Below are positions 1 to 12,021 of a DNA stretch of 64,000 nucleotides, piece by piece. The notes below the pieces were generated by a model. It had not been told where the DNA came from. It made no database searches and saw only the letters and a list, made by a program, of their open reading frames with translations. A program made the translations under genes and the position numbers. Where the stretch lies: contig CAVZMH010000015.1 in assembly GCA_963776345.1 (NCBI GenBank), positions 558,837 to 622,836 of the forward strand, in the 5' to 3' direction. Numbering within the stretch: the stretch's first letter is position 1; each line of letters opens with the position of its first letter. This DNA is from an uncultured delta proteobacterium. GTDB lineage: Bacteria > Myxococcota > Myxococcia > Myxococcales > Myxococcaceae.

Positions 1-534
1 GAGGCCCCGAGCCAGATGCTCGAGGAGTGGGCCTGGGACCCGGGGACGCTGGCTCTCTTCGCCCGGCACATCGAGACGAACGAGGCCATCCCGGCCGAGC
101 TGGTCCACCGGATGCGCGAGGCGAACGAGTTCGGGAAGGGTACGCACACCCGGCATCAAGTCTTCTACGCGCAGCTCTCGCTCGCACTGCACACGCAGCC
201 GCCGGCGGAGGTCGACATCACGGCGACGATGGTGGAGCTGCAGAAGCGCTACAGCCCGTTCCCCTACGTCGAGGGCACGCACTTCTTCGCCAGCTTCGGG
301 CACCTCAACGGGTACTCGGCGATGTATTACACGTATTTGTGGTCACTGGTGATCGCCAAGGACCTGCTCGGCGAGTTCCAGCGGCACGGGCTGCTCGACG
401 AAGCGACGGCGAGCCGCTACCGCGACACGGTGCTGGTCCCGGGCGGCAGCAAGGACGCCGCCGATCTGGTGAAGGACTTCCTCGGTCGGCCGTACGGCTT
501 CGAGGCGTTCCAGGCGTGGCTGGAACGCAGCTGA
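1..534 (+). CDS. M3 family metallopeptidase (thimet oligopeptidase-like), C-terminal part; 5' end outside window
   Basis: EAPSQMLEEW, FGHLNGYSAMYYTYLWS and VLVPGGSKDAADLVKDFLGR motifs typical of M3A peptidases. Confidence 0.9.
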   Translation, partial: EAPSQMLEEWAWDPGTLALFARHIETNEAIPAELVHRMREANEFGKGTHTRHQVFYAQLSLALHTQPPAEVDITATMVELQKRYSPFPYVEGTHFFASFGHLNGYSAMYYTYLWSLVIAKDLLGEFQRHGLLDEATASRYRDTVLVPGGSKDAADLVKDFLGRPYGFEAFQAWLERS

Positions 535-645
535 GACTCCGTCACTCGCCAGTCGGCGCAGCGGTACCCGAGGACACTATTCCGCAGGACCCAGCGGCCT
601 CCACCAAAGTGTCGGCAGTCGTGCCGATCACTGGCCCGCCGACTC

Positions 646-2647
646 TCAGGCTCGGACGTCGATCCGATTGTCGTAGAAGGTGCTGCCGCCGCCCGAGTCC
701 GTCAGCCGCTGCGAGGTCAGCCCGTTCACGTTGCGCGCGTTGCCCGCCTGGATGGAGTGAACGCCCTCGGCGATGGCGACCCCCGGCGGTACGGCGTCGG
801 TCACCTCGAGCAGGAAGCACACCTCGCCGAGCGCGTTGAACGCCGTGACCCGCTGTCCCGCGGCGAGACCTCGCGGCGGCCGCGTCGGCGGGTGAGAGCC
901 GGAGCGTCTGTGCGCCGAGCTTTGCCGCGAGCTCCGCGCGCTCGGTGAAGGATGAGTTCAGACGATAGAGCGCCGGCGCCGTCTGCAGCCGAATGGCAGC
1001 CCTGCTGCTCCAGATCGGCGTGCGTCGGCCGGTGCCGGGGGAGCGGCTCCTTCGAGACGTTCGTTCCGCAGCTCGATCTTTCCGGATGGCGTGAGCCACG
1101 CCCCGCGCGGGGGATACAGCCGAACCGCGCGGCCGGCATCCAGCGCCTCCCGGTCCAGCCCCTCGAGCCAGGGTGAGGAGACGGCGAGGATCGCGTCGAT
1201 GTGCTCGTCCGCCGACCGCGAGAAGACCTCGTCCTTGAGCCCAAGCGCCTGGGCCAGGGTCTGGATGGTCTCCCAGTTCGGCGGGACTCTCCCGAGCGGA
1301 GGAATCACCGGCCTCGTCCGCTGGATGAAGAACTGGCCGTAGCTCCGGTAGAGGTCTGCCGTCTCCAGCATCGTCGGCGCCGGAAGCACCACGTCTGCGT
1401 AGAGCGCGGTGTCGGTGAGGAACCGCTCGTGGACCACGGTGAAGAGGTCCTCACGCGACGAGCCCCTTGAGCACCGCGTTCTGATCCGGACACACCGCCG
1501 CCGGATTCGAGTTCGCCACGAACAGCGCCATCACCCTCGGGCGGTCGAGCTCGTTCAGCGCGTGGCCCAGCCGGTTCATGTTCACCGTTCGCGTCGGCCC
1601 GGGTAGCAGATCTGGCCGGGTGAACGAGCTGAGGTCGAAGGCGTCCTGGCTCCCGGTGCTGGCCAGGAATCCTCCACCCTTCTCGGCCCAGGCGCCGACG
1701 GCCGCGGGGAGGCAGATCAGCGCCCGGGTGGAGATCGCGCTGTTGCCGTAGCGCGACAGGCCACCGCCCACCCGGATGAACGGTGCCCGAGCCTGACCGT
1801 AGGCTCTGGCCAGGACGAGCACTGTCCTCGACGGAGAGACCGGTGAGCCGGGCCACCGCGTCCGGCGCGTACCCGGGCAGGACCTCGCGCTCCAGCTCGC
1901 CCCAGCCCACGGTGTTCGCTCGAGGAATGCGCGGTCGAGGAGATTCTCCCGGGCGAGCACGTGGATCATCCCGAGCGCGAGCGCGCCGTCCGACCCCGGC
2001 CGGACGAGGAAGACCCGGTCCACGTGCGGCCGCCGTCGGCTGTCGGTGCGTGTCGATGAGGAAGGCGCGGCCGCCGGCGCGGCGCGCCGCCTTCACCTGC
2101 GAGAGGAAGTGGATGTTGGTGGCGAGCGCGTTGATGCCCCAGAGCACCACCAGGTCACTCTGCGCGGCCTCGTCGGGATCCGAGCCCGGCGTCTTGCCCA
2201 TCACCTGCGCCCAGCCTGCGTTCTGGGCCGGCGTGCAGATGGTGCGGTCGAGCAGCGAGGCGCCGAGCCGTGGAACAGCGGCTCCTGCGCGTTGCGCTGG
2301 ATGAGCCCATCGTGCCCGCGTAGGTGAACGGGAGGATGCACTCGCGGCCGTGCGCGGCGATGAGCGCCCGCCAGCGGTCGGCGATCGAGCGCCGCCGCCT
2401 CGTCCCAGGACGCCCGGCGGAACGCTCCCTTCCCCTTCGGGCCGGAGCGCACGAGCGGAGTCAGGAACCGACCCGGCGCGTGCACCGTCTTCTCGTACCC
2501 GTTCACCTTCGGGCACAGCGTGCCGCGGGTGTAGCCGTGCTCCGAGTCACCCCGGACCGATCGGACGTTCAGCCCGTCCGTCTCCACCACCAGGCCGCAG
2601 GCGTCGGGGCAGTCGTAGGGGCAGGTCGATCGCTGAGTGCGAACCAT
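646..2647 (-). CDS. Molybdopterin oxidoreductase family protein, broken by several frameshifts (probable sequencing errors)
   Basis: N-terminal TCPYDCPDACG...LCPK Fe-S motif, LVVLWGIN, VRPGSDGALALG, ERFLTDTALYADVVLPA and C-terminal NGLTSQRLTDSGGGSTFYDNRIDV, spread over ORFs 2201-2716, 1305-2516, 1451-2023, 958-1437 and 542-1099. Confidence 0.85.
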
Positions 2648-2750
2648 CGTGTCTCGAAGCGTGCCCGAGACACCGCGCGGCCGCCACTGACAGCGGCCCC
2701 GCCGCAGGACGAGCACAGGCCTGGCTGGGGCCGGGGTCAGCGCCGACGCT

Positions 2751-3180
2751 TCAGTGCTTCGGTTCCGCGGGGCGCAGGTCCTCGTAGCCGCCGCCCGAGA
2801 GGACGGTGACGTCCGTCCAGCCCTCGGCGACGAGGAACTGGGCGGCCCTCCCCGCCCTGTTTCCGGTCGCGCAGTAGAGGAGCACCGGCCGGTCCTTGGG
2901 AAGCTTGCCGTGCTCGCGCGCGAAGACGCCGCTCGTGTAGGGCATCAGCTCAGCACCCTGCAGGTACCCCGCTGCGGTCTCGGTCGGCTCGCGCACGTCG
3001 AGGAGCGTGAAGCTTCCCCGCGGTGCGCGCCTTCTCCAGCGCGGCCTTGAACTCCGCCGGCTCGAGCTTCCGGATCGGAGCCGCCGAGCCGGCCTTCGAC
3101 CCCGCATCCGGCGCATCCTTCGCCCACGCCGGTGCGGCGACGCCGATTCCGAGGAGCAGACCCATCCAGCGCACGCGCAT
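2751..3180 (-). CDS. Secreted rhodanese-like domain protein (one frameshift near 3010)
   Basis: Signal peptide MRVRWMGLLLGIGVAAPAWA in one frame; LLDVREPTE and LLYCATGNRA rhodanese motifs in the other. Confidence 0.8.
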
Positions 3181-3710
3181 CAGTACGCCTCCACCACGAA
3201 CGAGGTCTGCTTCACCACCGTCGACCCGGCCGAGTCCTCCAGCCGGAGCGCGACCGCGTACCGCCCGGGCGGGACGCCCGCCGCGGCCTGCACCTGCGAG
3301 GTGCACATGCAACCCTCGCCGCACGGCGTGCCCTCCACCGCCTCGAAGAAGTTCACCTGCCCCGCCGCGCGCTGCACGTAGATCTTCGCCTTGGTGCAGC
3401 AGGCGTGGGTCAGGTTGTGCGCGACCCAGACCCCGGCCGGCTGCATCCCGAGCTGCACCTCGGTCGCCGACGGCGCGCGGCTCCCCTGCACCATCGGCGG
3501 CCAGCTCGCGGCGTCCTGCTCGGAGGGGCTCGTCGACTCCGAGCAGCCGGTCACCTTCGCCATGGACTGCTCCGGACCGAGCGGGGGCGGAGGCGGCAGA
3601 GCCGGGGGCGGCGGGAGCTGCTGCTGGCCCTCGGAGCCGGGGACGTACTTCGCCGACTTCTCGCTGGAACACGCCACGGCGAGCAGGAGCAGCGGGAGCA
3701 GAAGACGCAT
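3180..3710 (-). CDS. Hypothetical Cys-rich lipoprotein
   Basis: MRLLLPLLLLAVAC lipobox; HACC and CGEGCMC motifs; stop overlaps the next start. Confidence 0.65.
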   Translation of the reverse strand: MRLLLPLLLLAVACSSEKSAKYVPGSEGQQQLPPPPALPPPPPLGPEQSMAKVTGCSESTSPSEQDAASWPPMVQGSRAPSATEVQLGMQPAGVWVAHNLTHACCTKAKIYVQRAAGQVNFFEAVEGTPCGEGCMCTSQVQAAAGVPPGRYAVALRLEDSAGSTVVKQTSFVVEAY

Positions 3711-3819
3711 GGGGCGAGAACTCTCCGACATGAGCGGATGGGGGTCCATGTGGGTCCTTCCAGGCCAGCGTAACCGGTGGGAGTCCAACGCAGGGAGCCC
3801 CCGGAACCTTCACCGGTGA

Positions 3820-4029
3820 ATGCGCATCCAATCGGCACGTCCGTTGCGTAGGAGCTTCGACATGCACCGCACCCATCTCTGCAGCCACTGCCTCCGCCGC
3901 CGGGTTCTCCTCTGGGCGAGCGCGTTCTTCGTGACCGTGGGGGCCGTCGGCGCCCTCGGCTCCGCCGGGTCAGCCGAAGCCGCCAGGGGTCAAACCACCC
4001 CGGCGCCGGTCCAGACCGCGTCCCGCTAG
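3820..4029 (+). CDS. Small hypothetical membrane/secreted protein
   Basis: CxxC followed by a basic patch and hydrophobic helix; fills the gap before the ribD stop. Confidence 0.4.
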   Translation: MRIQSARPLRRSFDMHRTHLCSHCLRRRVLLWASAFFVTVGAVGALGSAGSAEAARGQTTPAPVQTASR

Positions 4030-5195
4030 GCGGGACCGAGCAGGGCACGGACCTCCAGGTCCTCGCCCAGCGGCCGGACCGACTCGACCCTCACCGGACG
4101 GGCCCCGGCCATCCGATCCAGCCCCAGCGGACCGAGCCAGGACGTCCCGTCGCCGCCCACCAGCTTGGGCGCCAGGTGCAGCACCAGCGCATCCGCCAGC
4201 CCCGCCCGGATGAACGCCGAGAACACCGTGGGGCCCCCCTCCACCAGCACGTGCAGCACGTCGCGCCGGAGCAGCGCGCGAAGCATCGCCTCGAGGTCGA
4301 CCCTCCCCGGCTGGCCCGGAACGGCCAGGAGGTCGGCCCCGGTGGCGGCGAGGGCCCCGGCGCGCTCCCCGCCCTGCCCGTCCACGTGGACCAGCAGGGT
4401 GCGCGCGGTCGACTCGAGGTTGAAGAGCCGCCGGTCCGGCGGAAGCCGGAGCGCCGAATCCAGCACCACGCGGAGCGCGTCTCGCCCCCCGCCCTCCGGC
4501 AGCCGGGTGGTCAGCGCCGGGTCGTCGGTCCGGACCGTGCCCGCTCCCACCAGGATGGCGTCCACCTCGTTCCGGAGCCGGTGCACCTCGGCGCGCGCCG
4601 CCTCGCCGGTCACCCAGCGGCTGTCGCCGGAGGCGGTGGCGAGCTTTCCGTCGAGCGACACCGCGGCCTTCAAGGTCACCCAGGGCAGGCCGGAGCGCAT
4701 CGCCTTGAAGAAGGGCCGGTTCAGCGCATCGGTCTCGGCCACGAGCACGCCGGTCCACACCGGCATCCCCAGCCTGCGCAGCCGCCGCACGCCGCGGCCG
4801 TCGACCAGCGGATTCGGGTCCTCCGAGCCGGCGAACACCCGCGCCACCCCCGCCGCCAGGATGGCCTCGGTGCATGGCGGCGTCCGTCCGAAGTGGTCGC
4901 ACGGCTCGAGCGTGGTGAAGAGGTCCGCCCCGCGCGCCCGCGGCCCGGCGTCGGCGATGGCCCGCACCTCGGCGTGGGGTCCGCCCGCCGGCGCGGTGTG
5001 ACCCCGGCCGACGATCTGCCCGCCCTGCACCACCACCGCGCCCACCGCGGGGTTGGGGTGGGTGCGTCCCACCGCGCGGCGCGCCTCGGCGATCGCCTCG
5101 CGCATCCAGGCCTCGGCCCCGGCGGGGAGCTCCTCGCCGCCTTCAGTCTTCGAGGCGCCCGCGGGGTCTCCGCGCGGCGTCGGCGCCGTGGTCAT
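4026..5195 (-). CDS. ribD: Bifunctional riboflavin deaminase/reductase RibD
   Basis: [32 protein letters not shown] and VEGG motifs. Confidence 0.97.
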   Translation of the reverse strand: MTTAPTPRGDPAGASKTEGGEELPAGAEAWMREAIAEARRAVGRTHPNPAVGAVVVQGGQIVGRGHTAPAGGPHAEVRAIADAGPRARGADLFTTLEPCDHFGRTPPCTEAILAAGVARVFAGSEDPNPLVDGRGVRRLRRLGMPVWTGVLVAETDALNRPFFKAMRSGLPWVTLKAAVSLDGKLATASGDSRWVTGEAARAEVHRLRNEVDAILVGAGTVRTDDPALTTRLPEGGGRDALRVVLDSALRLPPDRRLFNLESTARTLLVHVDGQGGERAGALAATGADLLAVPGQPGRVDLEAMLRALLRRDVLHVLVEGGPTVFSAFIRAGLADALVLHLAPKLVGGDGTSWLGPLGLDRMAGARPVRVESVRPLGEDLEVRALLGPA

Positions 5196-5640
5196 CGAGT
5201 AGGCCCTTCAGCTCGTCCATGAACTCCTCGATGTCCCGGAAGCTCCGGTACACCGATGCGAACCGGACGTACGCCACCTGGTCGAGCGCACGCAACCGGC
5301 GCATCACCTCCTCGCCGATGAGGCTGGAGGAGACCTCCTTCTCCCCGCGCTCGAGGAGCCGCGACTCCACCTCGGCCACCAGCGCCTCCAGCTGGTCCAT
5401 CGACACCGGCCGCTTCTCCACCGCCTTCTGCAGGCCGGAGATGAGCTTCTCCCGGTCGTACGGCTCGCGCCGCCCGTCCTTCTTCACCACCAGCGGCATC
5501 AGCTCCTCGACCCGCTCGTAGGTGGTGAAGCGCTTGCGGCAGCCGAGGCACTCCCGCCGCCGCCGGGTCACCGTCCCCTCCGCCGACTCGCGCGAGTCGA
5601 GGACCTTGCTGTCGTCGCGCTTGCAGAAGGGACAGCGCAT
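5143..5640 (-). CDS. nrdR: Transcriptional repressor NrdR
   Basis: MRCPFC...[15 protein letters not shown] zinc ribbon, ATP cone, AYVRFASVY. Confidence 0.98.
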   Translation of the reverse strand: MRCPFCKRDDSKVLDSRESAEGTVTRRRRECLGCRKRFTTYERVEELMPLVVKKDGRREPYDREKLISGLQKAVEKRPVSMDQLEALVAEVESRLLERGEKEVSSSLIGEEVMRRLRALDQVAYVRFASVYRSFRDIEEFMDELKGLLDDHGADAARRPRGRLED

Positions 5641-6900
5641 TCAGCTCCGGAGGCGCGAGGCGTAGAGCGGGAAGCTCCGCGCCAGCTCGTGCACCTTGCC
5701 CGCCACCCGCGACAGGGCGGCGTCGTCGGCCGCGTGGTCCAGCGCCTCGACGATCAGCCCGCCCACCGTGGCCATCTCCGCCTCCTTCATCCCGCGGGTG
5801 GTGAGCGCCGGGGTGCCGATGCGGATGCCGGAGGTGACCATCGGCTTCTCCGGGTCGAAGGCGATCATGTTCTTGTTGACGGTGATCGCCGCCTTCCCCA
5901 GGACGGCCTCGGCCACCTTCCCGGTCAGCTTCTTCGGCCGCAGGTCCACCAGCATCAGGTGGGTGTCCGTGCCGCCGGAGACCAGGCGCAGCCCGCCCCG
6001 CTGCAGCGCCTCGGCCAGGGCCTTGGCGTTGGCGACGATCTGCCGCTGGTAGGCGGCGAACTCCGGCTGCAGCGCCTCGTGGAGGGCGACGGCCTTGCCG
6101 GCGATGACGTGCATCAGGGGGCCGCCCTGGATGCCGGGGAAGATGTTGCTGTTCACCGCCTTGGCGAACGGCTCCTTGGAGAGGACCAGCCCTCCGCGCG
6201 GCCCGCGCAGCGTCTTGTGGGTGGTGGTCGTCACCAGCTCGGCGAGCGGGACCGGCGAGGGGTGGATCCCCGCGGCCACCAGCCCTGCGATGTGCGCCAT
6301 GTCGACGACCAGCACCGCGCCGACGCTGTCGGCGATCTCCCGGAACGCTGCGAACTCCAGGACTCGTGGATACGCCGAGGCGCCGACGACGATGATCTTC
6401 GGCCGGTGCTCGCGGGCCAGCGACTGCACCTGCCCGAGGTCGATGCGCTCGGTGGCGCGGTCCAGGCCGTAGTGGACGATCTTGTAGAGCTTCCCGGAGA
6501 AGTTCAGCGCCATCCCGTGCGTCAGGTGCCCGCCCGAGTTGAGGTCCAGGCTGAGCATCGTGTCCCCGGGCTGCACCACGGACATGTACGCGGCCATGTT
6601 GGCCTGGCTGCCCGAGTGGGGCTGCACGTTGGCCGCCTCGGCGCCGAAGAGCTTCTTCGCCCGCTCGATGGCCAGGGACTCCACCTGGTCCACCACCTCG
6701 CAGCCGCCGTAGTAGCGCTTCCCGGGGTACCCCTCGGCGTACTTGTTGGTCAGGGTGGAGCCGACGGCCTCCATCACCGCCGGGCTGACGAAGTTCTCGG
6801 AGGCGATGAGCTCGAGCCCCTCCTCCTGGCGCTCGGTCTCCTTCCGGACCAGGGAGGCGATGTCCGGGTCCACCTGGGCGAGGGTGCGGGTGTTCTCCAT
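5641..6900 (-). CDS. glyA: Serine hydroxymethyltransferase
   Basis: [35 protein letters not shown]; start at MENTRTL. Confidence 0.98.
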   Translation of the reverse strand: MENTRTLAQVDPDIASLVRKETERQEEGLELIASENFVSPAVMEAVGSTLTNKYAEGYPGKRYYGGCEVVDQVESLAIERAKKLFGAEAANVQPHSGSQANMAAYMSVVQPGDTMLSLDLNSGGHLTHGMALNFSGKLYKIVHYGLDRATERIDLGQVQSLAREHRPKIIVVGASAYPRVLEFAAFREIADSVGAVLVVDMAHIAGLVAAGIHPSPVPLAELVTTTTHKTLRGPRGGLVLSKEPFAKAVNSNIFPGIQGGPLMHVIAGKAVALHEALQPEFAAYQRQIVANAKALAEALQRGGLRLVSGGTDTHLMLVDLRPKKLTGKVAEAVLGKAAITVNKNMIAFDPEKPMVTSGIRIGTPALTTRGMKEAEMATVGGLIVEALDHAADDAALSRVAGKVHELARSFPLYASRLRS

Positions 6901-6999
6901 GGCCGGCCTCATAGCAGAGGCCCCGGACGGCCGCCGCACCCCGCGGTGGAGCAAGGGCGCTTCGCGGGGGGGCGCCGGGGATGCGAGACTCCCGGGCCC

Positions 7000-7872
7000 G
7001 TGGACGACCAGGACCCCGAGCTGGCGCGCATCCGACAGGCCATCGAGTCGCTGGACCGCTCGCTCCTGGCGCTCCTCCGCGAGCGGCAGCAGCTCGGCCA
7101 GCAGGCCGCCCGGGCGAAGATCGCCGCAGCGGTCCCTCTGCGCGACCCGTTCCGCGAGGCGGTGGTGCTTCGCCGGGCGCGCGAGACGGCCACCGAGCTC
7201 GGGCTCGACGCGCACCAGTCGGAGCGGCTGTACCGGCTGATCATCGACATGTCCGTCTCCCAGCAGCAGACCCATCTGCTCGAGCTGGAGACGGTGCCGC
7301 TGCGGGTCGCCTTCCAGGGCGTGGAGGGGAGCCCGGGCCAGCTCGCGGCGCAGGCGCGCTACGGCGGCCGGCGTGGGGGCGCGCTGCTCGAGGGCCATCC
7401 CACGCTCGGCGAGGCGGTGGAAGCGGTGCGCTCGGGGCGGGCCGACGTGGCGCTCCTTCCCCTGGAGAGCACCGAGGAAGGCTCGACCCGGACGATGGAC
7501 CTCCTGGCCGGGGCGGGCCTGGTGATCAGCGGCGAGCAGGTGCAGCGCGATGGAGAGCACTACACCCGCTACGTCGAGCTGGGCCGCGAGCCGCCCGCGG
7601 TGCCCGAGGACGTGCCGTGCAAGACCTCGGTGATCCTCACGCTCGCCGACCGCGCGGGTGCGCTGGGCGAGGTGCTCCAGTCGTTCGCCAGGCACGGGGT
7701 GAACCTCACCCGCATCGAGTCGCGCCCGGTGCCGGGAACCCCGCCGCGGTTCCGCTTCTTCATCGACATGGAGGGTCACGCCGCCGGGCAGCGCGTCTCA
7801 CGCGCGCTCGAGGAGGCGCGGGCGCACGGGGAGATCCGGGTGGTCGGTTCCTATCCAGCGTCCCGAGGGTGA
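7000..7872 (+). CDS. pheA: Chorismate mutase fused to an internally shortened prephenate dehydratase domain and an ACT domain
   Basis: AroQ-like [46 protein letters not shown] subdomain absent. Confidence 0.8.
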   Translation: MDDQDPELARIRQAIESLDRSLLALLRERQQLGQQAARAKIAAAVPLRDPFREAVVLRRARETATELGLDAHQSERLYRLIIDMSVSQQQTHLLELETVPLRVAFQGVEGSPGQLAAQARYGGRRGGALLEGHPTLGEAVEAVRSGRADVALLPLESTEEGSTRTMDLLAGAGLVISGEQVQRDGEHYTRYVELGREPPAVPEDVPCKTSVILTLADRAGALGEVLQSFARHGVNLTRIESRPVPGTPPRFRFFIDMEGHAAGQRVSRALEEARAHGEIRVVGSYPASRG

Positions 7873-7873
7873 G

Positions 7874-8411
7874 GTGAAGGTCGCGTACGCGGGCGAGCCC
7901 GGGGCGTTCGGCGAGGAGGCGGCACGGATGCTGCCCGGGGCCGAGCCCGTGCCCTGCCCCTCCTTCGCCGCAGTCTTCGAGGCGGTCGAGCGCGGCGCGG
8001 CGGACCGCGGGGTGGTCCCGCTCCACAACTCGAGGGCGGGCATGGTCGAGGAGGTCGTCCGGCTGATTGCGCGGTCACCGCTTCAAGTCGCCGACCGCCT
8101 CGCGCTCCGGGTGCGCCAGTGCCTGCTGGCGCTCGCCGGGAGCGCGGCTGGGCGACATCCGCCGCGTGGCCTCGCATCCGCAGGCCCTCGCCCAGTGCAG
8201 TCAGTGGATCGAGCCCCGCGGCTGGGAGCTCCTGGCCCGGACCAGCACCTCGAGCGCGGCGCGACAGCTGTCCGAGGACCGGGACCCGGCCTGCGCGGTC
8301 ATCGCCAGCGCTGCGGCCGGCCGCATCTACGGGCTCACGGTGCTCGCGGAGGGGATCGAGGACGACCCGGAGAACACCACCCGGTTCGCCGTGCTCCGCC
8401 GGACGGTGTGA
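7874..8411 (+). CDS. Stand-alone prephenate dehydratase catalytic domain (frameshift near 8140), no ACT domain
   Basis: KVAYAGEPGAF, VVPLHNS, ASHPQALAQC, IEDDPENTTRF. Confidence 0.8.
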
Positions 8412-8475
8412 CGGGTCCGGCCGTCTCGTGGGAACAAAGGAGGTGCTCCTTGCGTCCTTCCGGCGGGGACACGAG

Positions 8476-8970
8476 ATGCGCATCGCACCCACACGACCCG
8501 ACGGTGACGGCATTCAGATCGCTCTGCACCAGGGCCCACGACGAGCGCTCTGGCCGCTGTTCGAGCTTGCGGACGATTCGGCGGTGGCCATCCGGCGGTA
8601 CCTCGACCTCGGCCTGGTGCACGTGGCGGTGACCGGCGGCGTGGCGATCGGCCACGCGCAGATCATCCCCCACGAGGTGCGAGTGTGGGAGCTCAAGAGC
8701 CTGGCGGTGCTCGCGGCGTACCGTGGACGGGGCGTGGGGAGCCAGCTCGTGCGCCGGTCGATGGCCTGGGTGCGCGAGCACGGCGCCGAGCAGCTCCTCG
8801 TCGCGACCGCCACCGCCGACCTGGAAGCCCTCGGCTTCTACCAGCGGCTCGGGTTCCGCATGCTGCGCATCGAGCGGGACGCCTTCACCCCCCAGGGCGG
8901 ATACCCCGAAGGCCTCTCGGTCCGGGGCATCCCGGTCCGAGACCGGGTGTGGCTCGAGCAGCCGCTCTAG
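8476..8970 (+). CDS. GNAT family N-acetyltransferase
   Basis: LAVLAAYRGRGVGSQL acetyl-CoA motif; ALGFYQRLGF. Confidence 0.9.
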   Translation: MRIAPTRPDGDGIQIALHQGPRRALWPLFELADDSAVAIRRYLDLGLVHVAVTGGVAIGHAQIIPHEVRVWELKSLAVLAAYRGRGVGSQLVRRSMAWVREHGAEQLLVATATADLEALGFYQRLGFRMLRIERDAFTPQGGYPEGLSVRGIPVRDRVWLEQPL

Positions 8971-9470
8971 CGGAAGCTGAGCTTGCCGATGTAGTCGCGC
9001 TTGCCCAGGTCGACGCCGTTGTGCCGGAGGATCGCGTAGGCGGTGGTGAGGTGGAAGAAGAAGTTCGGCATCGCCTGCTGGAGGAAGTAGTCGGTCGCCC
9101 GCATCGATCTCCCTTCCCAGCGCGGACGCTTGACCTCGCGGGAGTCGGTGCCGTCGAGATCGGCGGGGGTGAAGGTCCCGAGGTACTCGATCACCGAGGC
9201 GATGCGGACGCGGATCTCCCCGAAGGTCTGCTCGGTGTCCGGGTGCGAGGGCGGTTCCTTGCCGGCGGTGAACGCGGCGGCGAACTTGGCGTTGTCGCAG
9301 GCGTTCTGGAGCTGCCGGACCAGCGGGAACATGTCCGGTGCCAGCCGGGCCTGGAGCAGGACGTTCGGGTCGTAGCCCTTCGCCGCGGCGTGGGCCTCGG
9401 CCTTGTCGAGCCAGGTGGTCATCTGGCCGAGCAGCTTCTTCATCTCGACGACGATCGGGTAGAGGGACAT
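8967..9470 (-). CDS. DUF1993 family protein
   Basis: RLAPDMFPL..Q, PNFFFHLTTAYAILRHNGVDLGKRDY. Confidence 0.9.
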   Translation of the reverse strand: MSLYPIVVEMKKLLGQMTTWLDKAEAHAAAKGYDPNVLLQARLAPDMFPLVRQLQNACDNAKFAAAFTAGKEPPSHPDTEQTFGEIRVRIASVIEYLGTFTPADLDGTDSREVKRPRWEGRSMRATDYFLQQAMPNFFFHLTTAYAILRHNGVDLGKRDYIGKLSFR

Positions 9471-9591
9471 CCCGGCAAGCTAACGGGCGAGCTCGTCGAA
9501 TCCACCGCAAGCTGCGGACGAACCGCTCGAAGATCGAGCTCGAGCCGATCTCGCGGCGCTCGTGCGAAGCGCCGCAGCCCTCGCCCGCCGG

Positions 9592-10851
<1,260 letters not shown>

Positions 10852-10886
10852 GGGCAACAGACCTAGCTCCGGCCCCCGGGGCGGCG

Positions 10887-11129
10887 CTACTTCTTGTGGG
10901 TGTTGATGTAGTTGATGGCGTCCCCGACGGTCTTGATGTTCTCGGCCTCCTCGTCGGGGATCTCCACCTCGAACTCCTCTTCCATCGCCATCACCAGCTC
11001 GACGATGTCCAGGCTGTCCGCTCCGAGGTCCTCGATGAAGGAGGACTCGGGCTTGATCTCGTCCTCACCGACGCCCAGCTGGTCGGCGATGATCGACTTG
11101 ACCTTGGCCTCGATTGCACTCGTCGCCAT
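10887..11129 (-). CDS. acpP: Acyl carrier protein
   Basis: [14 protein letters not shown] phosphopantetheine site. Confidence 0.98.
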   Translation of the reverse strand: MATSAIEAKVKSIIADQLGVGEDEIKPESSFIEDLGADSLDIVELVMAMEEEFEVEIPDEEAENIKTVGDAINYINTHKK

Positions 11130-11262
11130 CTGATTCCTCCGGTCCCTTCTCTGTCGAAGTGCTTCCGAATCTCTGCTGGGGGACGCTTCCGGGGGACCTC
11201 AGGAGCACCTGGTCGGTCCCGCGGGCAACCCCCGGGGCGCGCGCGATATAGCCCACGCCCCT

Positions 11263-11997
11263 CTACATGTACATGCCGCCGTTCACCTTCAGGACCTCAC
11301 CGGTCACGTAGGATGCCGCGTCACTGGCCAGGAAAAGCACGGCCTTCGCCACCTCTTCGGCGGTGCCGAGCCGTCCCAGCGGAATCGCCTCGGTCATCTT
11401 CGCTTTCAGCTCGGCGCCGATGCCCGCGGTCATGTCGGTGTCGATGAAACCGGGGGAGACCGCGTTCACCCGGACGTTCCGGCTCGCCAGCTCACGGGCG
11501 AGCGACTTGGTGAGGCCGATCAGCCCGGCCTTGCTCGCCGCGTAGGCGGCCTGGCCCACGTTCCCCATCTCCCCCACGACCGAGGTGAGGTTCACGATGG
11601 CCCCGGAGCGCTGCTTCATCATCGGGCGCGCCGCAGCGCGGCAGAGCGCGAAGGCGCCCTTGAGGTTGGTGTCCAGCTGACGGTCCCAGTCCTCGTCCTT
11701 CACCCGGACCGCGAGCCCGTCGATGGCGACGCCGGCGTTGTTCACCAGCACGTCCAGCCGTCCAGCGCCCTTCACCACCTCGTCGACGGCCGCGGCGCAG
11801 GCCGCGGTGTCCGCCACGTCGAAGCGCATGCTCTTCGCGGTCGGCCCGCTCGCCGCCACCGCCTCGGCGGCCGCGGCCTCGTTCCCGGCGTAGGTCAGCA
11901 CCACCGTCGCCCCGGCCCGGCCGAACGCCACCGCGCAGGCACGGCCGATGCCCCGCGAGCCGCCGGTGACCAGAACCACCTTTCCGGTGAAGTCCAT
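11263..11997 (-). CDS. fabG: 3-oxoacyl-ACP reductase
   Basis: TGGSRGIG, NNAG, YAASK, VNGGMYM. Confidence 0.97.
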   Translation of the reverse strand: MDFTGKVVLVTGGSRGIGRACAVAFGRAGATVVLTYAGNEAAAAEAVAASGPTAKSMRFDVADTAACAAAVDEVVKGAGRLDVLVNNAGVAIDGLAVRVKDEDWDRQLDTNLKGAFALCRAAARPMMKQRSGAIVNLTSVVGEMGNVGQAAYAASKAGLIGLTKSLARELASRNVRVNAVSPGFIDTDMTAGIGAELKAKMTEAIPLGRLGTAEEVAKAVLFLASDAASYVTGEVLKVNGGMYM

Positions 11998-12021
11998 CGT
12001 CCGTTCCCCTCGCGAGGGCCC

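Noticed and set aside
646..2647. Programmed recoding or selenocysteine in the molybdoenzyme
   Set aside because: The breaks are frame changes at scattered sites; I saw no in-frame TGA readthrough or slippery motif that would explain them
5100..5200. FMN riboswitch before ribD
   Set aside because: No intergenic space; ribD overlaps the nrdR end and no RFN motifs are seen
5641..7872. Apparent long GlyA (712 aa) and PheA (727 aa)
   Set aside because: The extensions are antisense to each other's genes; starts at 6900 and 7000 give normal proteins
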